Under the pieces are notes generated by a model. That model was not told the DNA's origin. It did no database searches and was given only the letters and a program-made list of their open reading frames with translations. Positions 1 through 9,488 of a DNA stretch of 23,278 nucleotides are shown in pieces. The translations under genes and the position numbers were made by a program. The stretch's first letter is position 1. Each line of letters begins with the position of its first letter. The DNA is taken from contig CAXTTL010000052.1 of assembly GCA_964247135.1 (NCBI GenBank), forward strand, positions 1-23,278. The letters run 5' to 3'. The DNA is from an uncultured Deinococcales bacterium. GTDB lineage: Bacteria; Deinococcota; Deinococci; Deinococcales; JAAFIG01.

Positions 1-19
1 CTGAGGTTTAAAAACCTAT

Positions 20-1351
20 TTAAAAACCTTGAGGCGCTTTGTAACCAAACACGTCCAACGCCTTCTCGAGCATCAGATCGTGCCCCGATTTCATCAGTTC
101 CTCGAGTTCACCTTTGACCTCGTAATTGGGGGTAATAAAATCTGGCAATGGCGTGCCGTTCGCATGAACCGTGCGAATGTGCGTGATTTCAATCGCGCCC
201 TTGTCGATCAAATCACTGGGAAACGTTCCAGTGTTGGCAATGCCGTAAGTCTTTTCGCCGATCACCACGCCGCGCTTGGCGTACTGCACCGCATCCGCCG
301 CGACTTCCGCGCCCGATGCACTTTCAGCGTTCACCAGCACCGCAATTTGACCACGGAATTTCACAGGTTTATTGATTTTCAGCGCCAAGTACGATTCGGG
401 GTCGCTCGAGTCAAGCCCAAACAACAAACCCGCACGGTAAGAAAATTCCAGGCGCTCATAACGCGTGTTGTACGCCAAGGTCACATCCGGCACAAAGGCG
501 CTGACCCCTGCCACGGTTTCGGTCACCAAACCACCAGGATTGTCACGCAGGTCAACAATCACCGTTTGAATGTTGTAAGAGATGGCTTGAGCAAACAAAT
601 CATGCAATTTTTGCGCTGTGCCGCGCGTGTTGAACGACGGCAGGTCGAGTACCGCCACGCCCGCAGGTAAATTTGGCACCCGAACCCAGTATGGCAATTC
701 GCCCGCCGAAAAATTCTTGCCCTGCATCGACAGCTCGAGCGGTTTGCCCGCCCGCAAAATGGAGAGCGCAAACGGTTTCCCACTGCGCACAAAACCCGTC
801 AGAAACGCCCGACTGGCGGTTTCTTGTTTGATAAATTCGGCACTTTTGGGATCAAGTTTTTCATCGACGCTCGGAAAGGGTTGCTTGTCGATGGCGGTCA
901 AACGATCACCGCGCAACAAACCAGCCTCGAACGCCGGACCGCCGCTGACGACTTTTTCGATCACATAATCGCTCGAGCCGGCGATACGGTTGTACTGAAT
1001 GCCGATTCTTAAGGTGCTCGAGACTTGCCCCGACTGCTCTTGCTGGGTTTGCTGGTACTCTTCGGGCGTGAGGTAATACGTGTGACCGTCGCCAAGTTCG
1101 TCAATCATCTGATTGATGATTTCCCTGGCGACCGCAAAATCGCAAGTGTCCTTTTTATCGGCGCAAGCTTTCTCGAGCAAGCCCTCGTACTTTTTGATGT
1201 GCGCCGCCAAATCCACTTTGGAAAAGCCGTTGTAATTGATTTGCAAATAAATTTTCACCTGATGAAACAAATCCGTTGCTGGACTGGCAAAAGCCGTACT
1301 ACCAAACAACACCGCAAACGCCACCAACAACCATTTTGCTTTCATTTTCAT
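20..1351 (-). CDS. S41 family (tail-specific/tricorn-like) serine peptidase with signal peptide and PDZ domain
   Basis: Signal peptide ending AFA-SPA; PDZ-like GGPAFEAGLLRGDRL; DLRDNPGG; catalytic Ser motif SASGAE; His in LGDGHT; GEKTYG. Confidence 0.9.
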   Translation of the reverse strand: MKMKAKWLLVAFAVLFGSTAFASPATDLFHQVKIYLQINYNGFSKVDLAAHIKKYEGLLEKACADKKDTCDFAVAREIINQMIDELGDGHTYYLTPEEYQQTQQEQSGQVSSTLRIGIQYNRIAGSSDYVIEKVVSGGPAFEAGLLRGDRLTAIDKQPFPSVDEKLDPKSAEFIKQETASRAFLTGFVRSGKPFALSILRAGKPLELSMQGKNFSAGELPYWVRVPNLPAGVAVLDLPSFNTRGTAQKLHDLFAQAISYNIQTVIVDLRDNPGGLVTETVAGVSAFVPDVTLAYNTRYERLEFSYRAGLLFGLDSSDPESYLALKINKPVKFRGQIAVLVNAESASGAEVAADAVQYAKRGVVIGEKTYGIANTGTFPSDLIDKGAIEITHIRTVHANGTPLPDFITPNYEVKGELEELMKSGHDLMLEKALDVFGYKAPQGF

Positions 1352-1465
1352 GAAAGCAGTTTACAACCAAAACCAAAAAAACAATGCCCAAATCATGACC
1401 AAAAAACAACCGTTAAAACTCGAGCAGTAATAGCCAGAAAACCAGATTTCTGGTAAACTGCAATC

Positions 1466-1720
1466 ATGACCAGCCCAAGCAAACAAAAAGTCACCATCAA
1501 CCTGCCAAACGACGTGGTTCGCGCCTACCGCCTTGCCGCTGTACGCCAAGGCGTTCCAGATCAAACCATCATCGAACAAGCCGTGCGGCAATACTTGGGC
1601 TTAAACGACCTCGAGCGTTTACAAAATGCGTTCGCGCACCTGGCGTTAACCGAAACCGATGCCGACCAACTGGCAGTTGAAATGGTCAAAGAAACCAGAA
1701 AAGCCCGTCGTAAAGCATGA
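1466..1720 (+). CDS. Ribbon-helix-helix (CopG-like) antitoxin
   Basis: KVTINLPNDVVRAYRLAAVRQGVPDQTIIEQAVRQYL fits an RHH fold; ATGA overlap with the downstream PIN gene; TAAACT 6 nt before ATG. Confidence 0.75.
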   Translation: MTSPSKQKVTINLPNDVVRAYRLAAVRQGVPDQTIIEQAVRQYLGLNDLERLQNAFAHLALTETDADQLAVEMVKETRKARRKA

Positions 1721-2160
1721 AAGTTGTGCTTGACACCAGCGTTTACATTGCAGGTTTTCTGAATCCAAAAGGCGGCAGTGGTGAAACATTGCGCTTATGG
1801 CGCGAAGAAGCCTTGTTTGAAGTCATCGCCAGCGAACAACTTTTTGATGAGTTGCTCGAGACACTGCAAAAACCCAGATTGCAAGGGCAATTTCAGGAGA
1901 ACGATCCCGAACGCGCCCTGGAAAGTTTCAAACGAACCGCCATCCTGCTGCCAGACCCGCCCAACCCACCCCAAGCCACCCGTGACCAAGACGACGATTA
2001 CCTGGTCAGCTTAAGCATCTCGAGTGACGCCGATGCACTGGTGACACTGGACAATGATTTGCTGGTGTTGGAACGCCTTGAACGCCACGATGGAAAACGT
2101 ATTCCCATTGTGCGTCCTGGCGATTTGCTGGGCTGGTTGCGTGAGGCAGGTTTGAGGTAG
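1717..2160 (+). CDS. PIN-domain toxin (putative TA system toxin component, PIN family)
   Basis: MKVVLDTSV N-terminus; RDQDDDYLV...ADALVTLDNDLL acidic PIN motifs; coupled to an RHH gene. Confidence 0.9.
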   Translation: MKVVLDTSVYIAGFLNPKGGSGETLRLWREEALFEVIASEQLFDELLETLQKPRLQGQFQENDPERALESFKRTAILLPDPPNPPQATRDQDDDYLVSLSISSDADALVTLDNDLLVLERLERHDGKRIPIVRPGDLLGWLREAGLR

Positions 2161-2313
2161 TTTCTTCTCGAGTTTCAAGACCAGATTGCCCTTCCAAAAC
2201 CGTCACTCGAGCATTTTTTGACTCACCACGTTTGAACGCAACTGCTTCTTGCAAGCCTTGCAAAATACCATTCACCACTTCATCACGACTCGAGGTTTGG
2301 CTGATGATGCCAT
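2161..2313 (-). pseudogene. Probable remnant of the N-terminus of a HigA-like antitoxin
   Basis: Peptide VVNGILQGLQEAVAFKRGESKNARV resembles, from recall, the 'I..GL.EAIA..KG' leader of HTH antitoxins; no HTH follows, and the upstream ATG (2313) is out of frame. Confidence 0.35.
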
Positions 2314-2385
2314 TGTGCGGCGCGAGTCAAACGAAAAGAATGGCAACCCGAAAAAGGTTGCCATCAAAAACTCGAGCTTTAAAAA

Positions 2386-3870
2386 CTACTGCAAGTTCGC
2401 GTTGTTCTGTTGCACCATCTGAATATTACCCGAAACTTTTTGGAGCACCGAATCCATGAGGCTCGAGCCTGTGAAATCTGGCAGCGGCGCGAGGTCGTAA
2501 CTGCTGACGAGTGCGCTGGCTTTTGCCCCGAAATACTCGAGGGCTTTTTGCAAGAGTTGATCGACGCCAGTGTTGAACAAATTAAATTCGGCATTTGGTG
2601 TGACGATATCGGGTTTGACGCTCGAGGGCAGCGGTGTGCCGTCCGTCCAGAAGGCGCGAACGGTTGGGAAGGCTGCCGAACCACCGTTGATCAAACCAAA
2701 TCGGGCGGTGTTGGTATTGCCAATGCCCAGCGTTTCTTCGCCAATAATTGGACCACGCTTGACTTTTTGGATGCCGCTGGCAAAGTATTCGCAGGCGGAG
2801 GCGCATCCATTGTTGACCAACATGGCGATTGGTCCTTTGAACAGTGCAGGATTATCGAGTTTCTGACTGCCAAGTTCGACGCCTTGGAGATTGGACACCG
2901 AGTATGTGCCATTGGAATACCGTTCTTCAGTGGTGCGTTGCTCTGCGTTGTAACGTGGTACACGGCGGATCGGTGCAGGAGTTTCAACAAAAGCCCCAAC
3001 CGCTTTCAAGCTTTCGGCGCCCAAGCCACCGCCATTGTCGCGTTGTTCAATCACAATCGCTTTGACATTTTTAGCAATGGCTTCGTTGACCAACGCATGA
3101 ACTTTTGCAGCCTGCCCCTCGAGAAACCAAGTCCGAATGGTCAGAATGCCGATGCCGTCCGAACGTAGCGAGAGCGTCGGGAAATCCGCCGTTTTGATAA
3201 TCGCACCAGTGACCACAATATCGAGCTTTTGGCGCTCTGGACCGCGTACAATCTTCATGGTGACGGGTTGCAAGGCGCGAACGAGTTTGGTGAAAGCAGC
3301 CTGTTGATCGCTGGCGGCTTTGGCGTCGGTAGCACTGGCAAAAAGCACATCGTTAAAACCGACCCAACGATCCCCAATTTTTAGACCTGCCGCCTCGGCT
3401 GGCGAACCAGGCACAACATTGGCAATCAGTCGATCAAAAATTTGTTTGCTGGTCAAATTGCCCTGATCGTCACGTTCGCAAACCCCCGTCGGCGTATCGC
3501 AAAAGCCTCGAGAGGTAATGCCGATCCGTGGTACTGGAGAAGTTCCACCCCCACCGATGCTCGAGTTTTCCTCGGCGACGGCGGCGGCTGTCAAATAATA
3601 CGCGTGTGGGTCATTGAGGTCATCTTCCATTTGCGCGATGATCGGTTCAGCTTTTTCGTAAGCACAATTGTCTTTGTCGTCCGCGCAGGCTTTATCGAGC
3701 AAGGGCTGGTACTTTGCCGTGTGCTCTTTCATGTTCACAGGGTTTGGACCAAAGTATTGCGTCTCGAGGTAAAACGTGGCTTGGTCAAACAAATCTTGGG
3801 CTGGGCTGGCAAACGCCAAGCTCGAGCCTGCAAAAATTGCGGCAAGCACTAAAACAACACGCGATTTCAT
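2386..3870 (-). CDS. S41 family peptidase with signal peptide and PDZ domain
   Basis: AFA-SPAQDLFDQATFY; LNDPHAYY; PGSPAEAAGLKIGD; QRDNGGG; CASACE; GEETLG. Confidence 0.9.
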   Translation of the reverse strand: MKSRVVLVLAAIFAGSSLAFASPAQDLFDQATFYLETQYFGPNPVNMKEHTAKYQPLLDKACADDKDNCAYEKAEPIIAQMEDDLNDPHAYYLTAAAVAEENSSIGGGGTSPVPRIGITSRGFCDTPTGVCERDDQGNLTSKQIFDRLIANVVPGSPAEAAGLKIGDRWVGFNDVLFASATDAKAASDQQAAFTKLVRALQPVTMKIVRGPERQKLDIVVTGAIIKTADFPTLSLRSDGIGILTIRTWFLEGQAAKVHALVNEAIAKNVKAIVIEQRDNGGGLGAESLKAVGAFVETPAPIRRVPRYNAEQRTTEERYSNGTYSVSNLQGVELGSQKLDNPALFKGPIAMLVNNGCASACEYFASGIQKVKRGPIIGEETLGIGNTNTARFGLINGGSAAFPTVRAFWTDGTPLPSSVKPDIVTPNAEFNLFNTGVDQLLQKALEYFGAKASALVSSYDLAPLPDFTGSSLMDSVLQKVSGNIQMVQQNNANLQ

Positions 3871-5136
3871 TTATTTCACCCCCAAAATCAAATAGGCTTT
3901 CTCGAGCGCTGGGTCTTTACCCGCCGCCAAGGCACTCAGGTCTTCTGGGACGCTGACATCTGGCGTGACCGCCATTGGAAATGGTGTGCCGTTCAACGCC
4001 ACAATACGGTCGTTGGAAACGTTGATGAACAAGCCGTTTGCCAGTGCCGTACCGCCAACGTCAAAATCCAGGCTCGGCAGTCCGCCGCTAACGCCACCCG
4101 CCCCTGCGGTCAGGTCGCCCACGATTTGGGCACGTTTGGCATTTTGCAGCAGTTGCGCGACAATTTCACCGCCGTGAACGGTGTATTTGTTGACCAACAC
4201 GACCAGATTGCCCTTCCAAAGTTGGGGCTTGTCGAGTTGTCCGACTGGGCTTTTGTTGCCCGCCTCGTCCTCGCGCACGATTTGGTTGGCTTGCACGGTA
4301 AAGGTCCTGGAGCTTTTGAAAAAACGGTTCTGGTATTTCAGACCGACGCTTTCCATGAACGCCCTGGCGGTCAGCATGGCTTCGCTGTCAAAACCCGTTC
4401 CAGAATCGCGCAGGTCGAGCACCACATTTTTTAAGCTGTCGTTGTTGGCTTTGCGAACCAGGGTGTGGACGCGGCTGGCAACATTGTCGCCCCAGTAAAA
4501 ATCTTGAACGTGAATGACCATCGTGTTCTTGGGGGCATTTGGCACGGCAAATGGTCTGGACACCTCTTCGACCACGGCTGGCGTAACATCAATTTTCTGG
4601 GCTGCGCCCGCACGATCAATCTCGAGCGTGATCGGTTTGGCATCGAGTTCCGCAGCCGTTAATGCCTCGAGCGTGGCGGGTTTGCCATTGATGGTTTTGA
4701 TGACATCGCCGCGTTGCACGCCAGCCAGGCTGGCAGGTTCGCCGTTGTTGGCTCGAGCCACCAGCAGTCCGCCCGTGTACGCCCTGGTTTGTACGCCGAT
4801 GACGGGATTGGGGCTGCCTTTGCCCGAGGTGAAACGGTCAAAGTCGCTGTTGATGAGTTCGACAAAAGGGTCTTTGAGGTCGGCAATAATTTTTTGAATC
4901 ACTGGCACGGCTTTTTCATAACCACATTTGGCGTCGGTGCCGCAAGCCTGATCGAGTTGCGGTTGGTAGGCTTTGCGCAAATCGCGGAAGTTGGCGACCT
5001 TGGCGGGACCCGAGTAATAAAACCCGACGTAAAACGTTGCCTGATCGAACAAATCCTGGGCTGGTGATGCAAACGCAGCCCCAAAAACGCTGGTGGTTGC
5101 CGTCGCAAGTGCCAAAAGAACAGCTTTCTTTCGCAT
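3871..5136 (-). CDS. S41 peptidase homolog, probably catalytically inactive
   Basis: Start reassigned to MRKKAVLL (ATG 5136, AGGAG SD); same AFASPAQDLFDQATFY N-terminus and PDZ domain, but DPH is DPF, ASxxE is VHGGE and DNPGG is DSGTG. Confidence 0.85.
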   Translation of the reverse strand: MRKKAVLLALATATTSVFGAAFASPAQDLFDQATFYVGFYYSGPAKVANFRDLRKAYQPQLDQACGTDAKCGYEKAVPVIQKIIADLKDPFVELINSDFDRFTSGKGSPNPVIGVQTRAYTGGLLVARANNGEPASLAGVQRGDVIKTINGKPATLEALTAAELDAKPITLEIDRAGAAQKIDVTPAVVEEVSRPFAVPNAPKNTMVIHVQDFYWGDNVASRVHTLVRKANNDSLKNVVLDLRDSGTGFDSEAMLTARAFMESVGLKYQNRFFKSSRTFTVQANQIVREDEAGNKSPVGQLDKPQLWKGNLVVLVNKYTVHGGEIVAQLLQNAKRAQIVGDLTAGAGGVSGGLPSLDFDVGGTALANGLFINVSNDRIVALNGTPFPMAVTPDVSVPEDLSALAAGKDPALEKAYLILGVK

Positions 5137-5273
5137 GTTGACTCCTTTTAAAATGTACACATTCAGGATAACTCGAGTTTTGGTTTTCAGAAAGTGATTT
5201 TGGTTTAGGTATCTCGAGCAGAACACTCATCCTCATGACGATTTTGTGCCAGAATACTGAGCGATGCCTGAGT

Positions 5274-5837
5274 TTAGCGTCGGCGTTTTCTGGGCATAAA
5301 ACCAGAACCCATATCGGGCGCGACACCATCGGCAATCAGATGCAACCACTGAGAAAGGTAATAACCCGCCGCCAACGCCAAAAGCGTGTTTCTGGCAACT
5401 TCGGGTTTGCGCCAAAAATTTTTGAACGACATCAGCAAATCAAACACAGGACCCCTGGTCACACCCTCGAGCTTAAAGTGAAGTATTGGATCGCGCAGAA
5501 AATACACGGGCAACGCCAGCAGCAACGCCAAATACACCAATCGTGTCAGTGGACCGACCAACCACGAATGGCTGATCCCACGGTGGCTGAAGACCCAACC
5601 GTAAGGCACCCACAAAAAACCCAACCAGCCCCAATTGTTCTTGATCGAGACGTGCTGCTCGGCTAAATCCAAATCTGGAGATAATAAAAACGTTCCCGCC
5701 ACAAACGCCCCCGCGAACGCCAGCACCGCACCAGGCTCGAGCCTCAAGAAGTGATGGGTGTGCGCGTAACTGTAGCCGGTGGCAACCGCCAGCAAACTGA
5801 GCGTGTTGATGGCATTGTGAACTTTACCGGACGGCAT
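5274..5837 (-). CDS. DUF2227-like putative metal-binding membrane protein
   Basis: MPSGKVH, LSPDLD, HRGISHS and WLHLIAD motifs with hydrophobic segments. Confidence 0.85.
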   Translation of the reverse strand: MPSGKVHNAINTLSLLAVATGYSYAHTHHFLRLEPGAVLAFAGAFVAGTFLLSPDLDLAEQHVSIKNNWGWLGFLWVPYGWVFSHRGISHSWLVGPLTRLVYLALLLALPVYFLRDPILHFKLEGVTRGPVFDLLMSFKNFWRKPEVARNTLLALAAGYYLSQWLHLIADGVAPDMGSGFMPRKRRR

Positions 5838-5875
5838 AACTCGAGATTATCACGTGTTGGCTCGAGGGTTGCCCC

Positions 5876-5943
5876 CCTCTCATCCCCGACCCTTCTCTCC
5901 TTGGAGAGAAGGGAGATTTATTCTTTTACACGTGTGGCTCGAG
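5876..5943. repeat. ~70-bp hairpin repeat (CCCTCATCCCC...CCCTTCTC-loop-GAGAAGGG...GTGTGGCTCGAG), copy 1
   Basis: Aligns by eye with 9363-9432 and 13484-13552. Confidence 0.85.
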
Positions 5944-5945
5944 GT

Positions 5946-6821
5946 TTAAATTTGGAGATTCTCGAGCGCCATTCGTGCGGCTGACAACGCGCTCGAGGCA
6001 CGGTTGAAGGTTGCTTCTGGAAATGCTTGTTTGATGGTTTCCTCGAGCAAGGGTGAAACGTTGAACACGCCGCCAGAAAAAACAATCGGCAGATTCTCGA
6101 GTTTAAAACGCATGTTCTTGGCAAGGCTCACCAGGGCATTTGCGGCTTGGGTCAGCACTTCTTGCGCATCGGTGCTGCCTTGATTGACCCCAATCCCCAC
6201 GATGGGCGCGAGGCTGGCGAGGGCTTGACGTCCACCGCCGTAAGCAAAGCTGCGCACAGCATCCCAATCGCTGCCGCCGATGTGCTCAAAAATAAGTCTC
6301 GAGAGAGGGTCTGAAATACCACGCTCGAGCCTGAACAGTGCGAGCTTGAGGGCTTCGCGTCCAATCCAGAAGCCGCCGCCAGCGTCGTCAATCAAAAAGC
6401 CGTAACCGCCAGACCGCAGCACGCTGCCATCACGCGCAACATGATAGGCAATCGAACCGGTGCCAGCGTAAACCAGAATGCCGGCACCAGGAGCAAAATT
6501 GGCACGGTACGCCAAATCCATGTCGTTGGTCACCTGAATCTTTTCGGGTAAAAGCTCGAGAAGCTCTGCGATCAAAACTTGAAACTCGAGAGCAACTTCT
6601 AAACTCAAACCCGTGATTCCAGCCGTGACCGCCGCGATTTGAAACGGTTTGACCCGCGTCAACAATTTCTCGAGGATCGCAAAATTGAACGCTCGAGATT
6701 CGGCAGTAAACACATGCCCACTGAAAGGTTCAAAGCTTCCAGTCTCGAGCACCAAACCTTTGGGGTTCATGACCACGAATTTGCTGCTGCTCGCGCCAAC
6801 ATCAATCCCGAGGGCGTTCAC
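5946..6821 (-). CDS. BadF/BadG/BcrA/BcrD-type N-acetylglucosamine kinase-like sugar kinase
   Basis: LGIDVGASSSK, VTNDM, AGTGSI, GGYGFLIDDAGGGFWIGR, FSGGVF; 4-nt overlap with nanE. Confidence 0.9.
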   Translation of the reverse strand: MNALGIDVGASSSKFVVMNPKGLVLETGSFEPFSGHVFTAESRAFNFAILEKLLTRVKPFQIAAVTAGITGLSLEVALEFQVLIAELLELLPEKIQVTNDMDLAYRANFAPGAGILVYAGTGSIAYHVARDGSVLRSGGYGFLIDDAGGGFWIGREALKLALFRLERGISDPLSRLIFEHIGGSDWDAVRSFAYGGGRQALASLAPIVGIGVNQGSTDAQEVLTQAANALVSLAKNMRFKLENLPIVFSGGVFNVSPLLEETIKQAFPEATFNRASSALSAARMALENLQI

Positions 6822-7525
6822 AGGCTGTCCGGCACTTCTTTCGCAAAGCGTTTGGTGATGTCCACAGGGCTGGTGATGGCAGTCCCAATGACCACCGCAC
6901 TCGCGCCAAGCTCGAAGGCGTGACCGACCTCAAACGGTGTCCAAAACCGCCCTTCGGCAATCACTGGCACGCTGACGCTTTGGGCAATCGCCTCGAGCGT
7001 CTTGAAATCGGGTCCAACGGTTTTGTTTTTGGCGGTGTACGGCGTGTAACCCGACATGGTGGTGCTGACGTAATCCGCACCCAGTTTTGCCGCCGCCACC
7101 GCGTCCAGAATCGTGCTGCAATCGGCAAACACCCGCAAGCCCAATTCGTTCTGAATTCTTGGAATCAATGTTTCGAGCGTTTCATTGTTCGGACGGGGGC
7201 GCGGCGTGGCATCAAGCGCGATAATGTCCGCTCCCGCATCGGCAAGCACCCGAGCGCTCTCGAAGGTTGGGGTGATATAAACCTCGAAGCCCTCAGTCCA
7301 GAGTTTGTTGAGACCAATGATCGGTGCGTTGGTGACTTCACGAATGGCTTTAATGTCCTCCGCACCATTGGCACGGATTGCAGCGGCGCCACCCATCAGC
7401 GCCGACAATGCCATCGCCCGCATGAAGGTTGGTCCACGCATGGGATTGTCGTCATAAGCCTGACAGGAAACAATCAAGCACGGGAAAACGAGTGGACGCG
7501 CATCGGAAATCGAAGAGATCGACAT
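6818..7525 (-). CDS. nanE: N-acetylmannosamine-6-phosphate 2-epimerase
   Basis: LIVSCQA, AAAIRANG, PIIGLNK, VYITPT, TTMSGYT, IAEGR, VVIGTAIT. Confidence 0.95.
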   Translation of the reverse strand: MSISSISDARPLVFPCLIVSCQAYDDNPMRGPTFMRAMALSALMGGAAAIRANGAEDIKAIREVTNAPIIGLNKLWTEGFEVYITPTFESARVLADAGADIIALDATPRPRPNNETLETLIPRIQNELGLRVFADCSTILDAVAAAKLGADYVSTTMSGYTPYTAKNKTVGPDFKTLEAIAQSVSVPVIAEGRFWTPFEVGHAFELGASAVVIGTAITSPVDITKRFAKEVPDSL

Positions 7526-7607
7526 GTTAACGCATTTAGATTACCGCATTCGGCTCGAGCAGATGAAGAGGCAAACTCAGGTTCAAGCCTCGAGAAGCCT
7601 TGAATCG

Positions 7608-7871
7608 TCAATGAAGTTTAATCAACCGTTCGTATTCGTTGTGCAAACCAATCCAAAACCAAAGAAACCCAGTTGGCACTTTAAGCGCCAAAGCACGGTA
7701 CGAATCATTGATCCGAACCGACCAGAGTTGCTTTCCAACTTCTTTAAAATGCAATGATGGATGGCTCGGGTTTTGCTCGAGCAAAGCGTGTTGCTTATCG
7801 GCAAGTTGTTGAATCTCGAGCGGCAAATCATGGAAACAAACCCAGAAACGAGCTGTGGTTTGATGACTCAC
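7608..7871 (-). CDS. ParE/RelE-superfamily toxin
   Basis: NPSHPSLHFKEVG..WSVRI...YRAL...WFWIGLHNEYERL; GTG start overlapping the antitoxin stop (GTGA). Confidence 0.85.
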   Translation of the reverse strand: MSHQTTARFWVCFHDLPLEIQQLADKQHALLEQNPSHPSLHFKEVGKQLWSVRINDSYRALALKVPTGFLWFWIGLHNEYERLIKLH

Positions 7872-8098
7872 CGTTTTGACACACGTCCAGCCGAGTAATC
7901 CTCGAGCGCCTCCGCCATCAAATCATCGAGCAAGCCGGCATCGACATCACGCTCGAGTTGCGCATCCCATTCGTCTTGGGTCACAGAAGTATTTTTTAAA
8001 TTTTGAATTTCCTCGAGAAGGCGCACCGCAATCTGATTTTGTTGCGTTTCGGACAACGCGTTCAAGGATTCAATCGCTTGTTGTAGCACTTGCGTCAT
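7868..8098 (-). CDS. Cognate antitoxin (small acidic protein)
   Basis: DEWDAQLERDVDAGLLDDLMAEALEDYSAGR; directly upstream of and overlapping the toxin; TAGCAT 6 nt before ATG. Confidence 0.8.
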   Translation of the reverse strand: MTQVLQQAIESLNALSETQQNQIAVRLLEEIQNLKNTSVTQDEWDAQLERDVDAGLLDDLMAEALEDYSAGRVSKR

Positions 8099-8126
8099 GG
8101 GAAAATGCTAGCACAACTTTGTGAAC

Positions 8127-9353
8127 CTACAACCGCAACCCCCCTGCCAAACTCGAGAATTCTTCGGGCGTGCTGGCATGACACAGCAAACCAATGAAAG
8201 GCAGTGCCGCCTGCATTCCTCGAGCGGTAGGTTTAAATTCTGGATGCGCCGCCAGAGGGTTCAGCCAAACCACGCCCGCGCTGCGGCGTTTGATTTCCTT
8301 CATCGCATTCTCGAGCACGTCCACCTCGCCAACGTCCAAACCGTCGCTCGAGATGATGACCACGGTATCTGGCGTCAAAACCCTGCTGGCGTGTTCACGC
8401 ACAAAAATCCGCAAGCTCTCCCCTATGCGCGTACCACCGCCCCAGGCTTTGGACAGGTTGTTCAACTCGAGCTTGGAGCGTTCTTGCGCGAGTCCGCGCA
8501 AATCCCTTGTGACATCTTTGAGTTCGGTGGAGAACGTGAAAACATCGACCCGCCGCGACCGTTGCGCCAAAGCGAATGCAAATTGCAAGACCGCATTGCT
8601 CGACTCGAGCATCGAACGGCTGCCGTCGAGCAGCACCACAATGCGCGGATTGCGATGCGGATGCCCCAACCAACGCGGATGCAGCGCATCGCCGCCCGTA
8701 GACAAACTCGAGCGCATGGTGCGCCTGAAATCAAACCTCGAGCCTTTTGGCAGGGTTCGCCATTTTCTCGAGCGTCCAAGTTTTAACTGGTTCACCAATT
8801 CGCTGGCGGCGCGAAGCATGGGTTCCAAACCGTCGCGCTTGATCTCGAGAACACTGGTTTCCGCCGAGGCAAGGCTGTACTTTGCCCGCATCACCATGTC
8901 GGTTTGCTCGGCGTTTTCATCGTCCTCCTCGGGCGTTTGGCGCTTGGATTCACCCTCAAAATCCTCATCGTCTTGCTCGTTATCGCTCGAGTTGTCCTTC
9001 ACTTTCTCATCCGATTTGTTCTTGGCTTCTTCAGCTTTTTGATTGTTCGGACGCTGCGGACGGTCAGGCTCGAGCGGCGGTTGATTTTCTTGCGGCACAC
9101 CCAACGGTTTCGGGAAGAAAAAATTCTTGAACGCCCGATCAAAAACCTCCACATCCTCGAGTTTTGCGCACAGCACCAAGCGCAGGGCATCCCGCGCCCT
9201 GGAAAGGCTCGAGATGCCAAGCAACTCAAACGCCCGAAGTGCGTCTCTGACCTCGGCGGGACCCAATTTAAAATCATGCTCGAGCCGCAACACCTCGCAA
9301 AAACCAAGGATGTTCTCGGGCAGGCTGGCGGCTGGGTAATAAGAATGTGCCAT
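8127..9353 (-). CDS. coxE: VWA-domain CO dehydrogenase maturation protein CoxE
   Basis: DFRRTMRSSL, LLDGSRSM (MIDAS), FTFSTEL, WGGGTRIGESL, IISSDGLDVG, VVWLNPL; downstream of a MoxR ATPase. Confidence 0.9.
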   Translation of the reverse strand: MAHSYYPAASLPENILGFCEVLRLEHDFKLGPAEVRDALRAFELLGISSLSRARDALRLVLCAKLEDVEVFDRAFKNFFFPKPLGVPQENQPPLEPDRPQRPNNQKAEEAKNKSDEKVKDNSSDNEQDDEDFEGESKRQTPEEDDENAEQTDMVMRAKYSLASAETSVLEIKRDGLEPMLRAASELVNQLKLGRSRKWRTLPKGSRFDFRRTMRSSLSTGGDALHPRWLGHPHRNPRIVVLLDGSRSMLESSNAVLQFAFALAQRSRRVDVFTFSTELKDVTRDLRGLAQERSKLELNNLSKAWGGGTRIGESLRIFVREHASRVLTPDTVVIISSDGLDVGEVDVLENAMKEIKRRSAGVVWLNPLAAHPEFKPTARGMQAALPFIGLLCHASTPEEFSSLAGGLRL

Positions 9354-9362
9354 TACGACCCA

Positions 9363-9432
9363 CCCTCATCCCCAACCCTTCTCCCGCCGTGCGGGAGAAG
9401 GGAGCTTAAGTTCTTTACACGTGTGGCTCGAG
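9363..9432. repeat. ~70-bp hairpin repeat, copy 2
   Basis: ccctcatccccaacccttctcccgc-cgt-gcgggagaagggag...tttacacgtgtggctcgag. Confidence 0.85.
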
Positions 9433-9488
9433 ATTCTGGCTTTTTTCGAGTGCGTAGAAGAAAACAACTGAGCACAGTAACGTAATTC

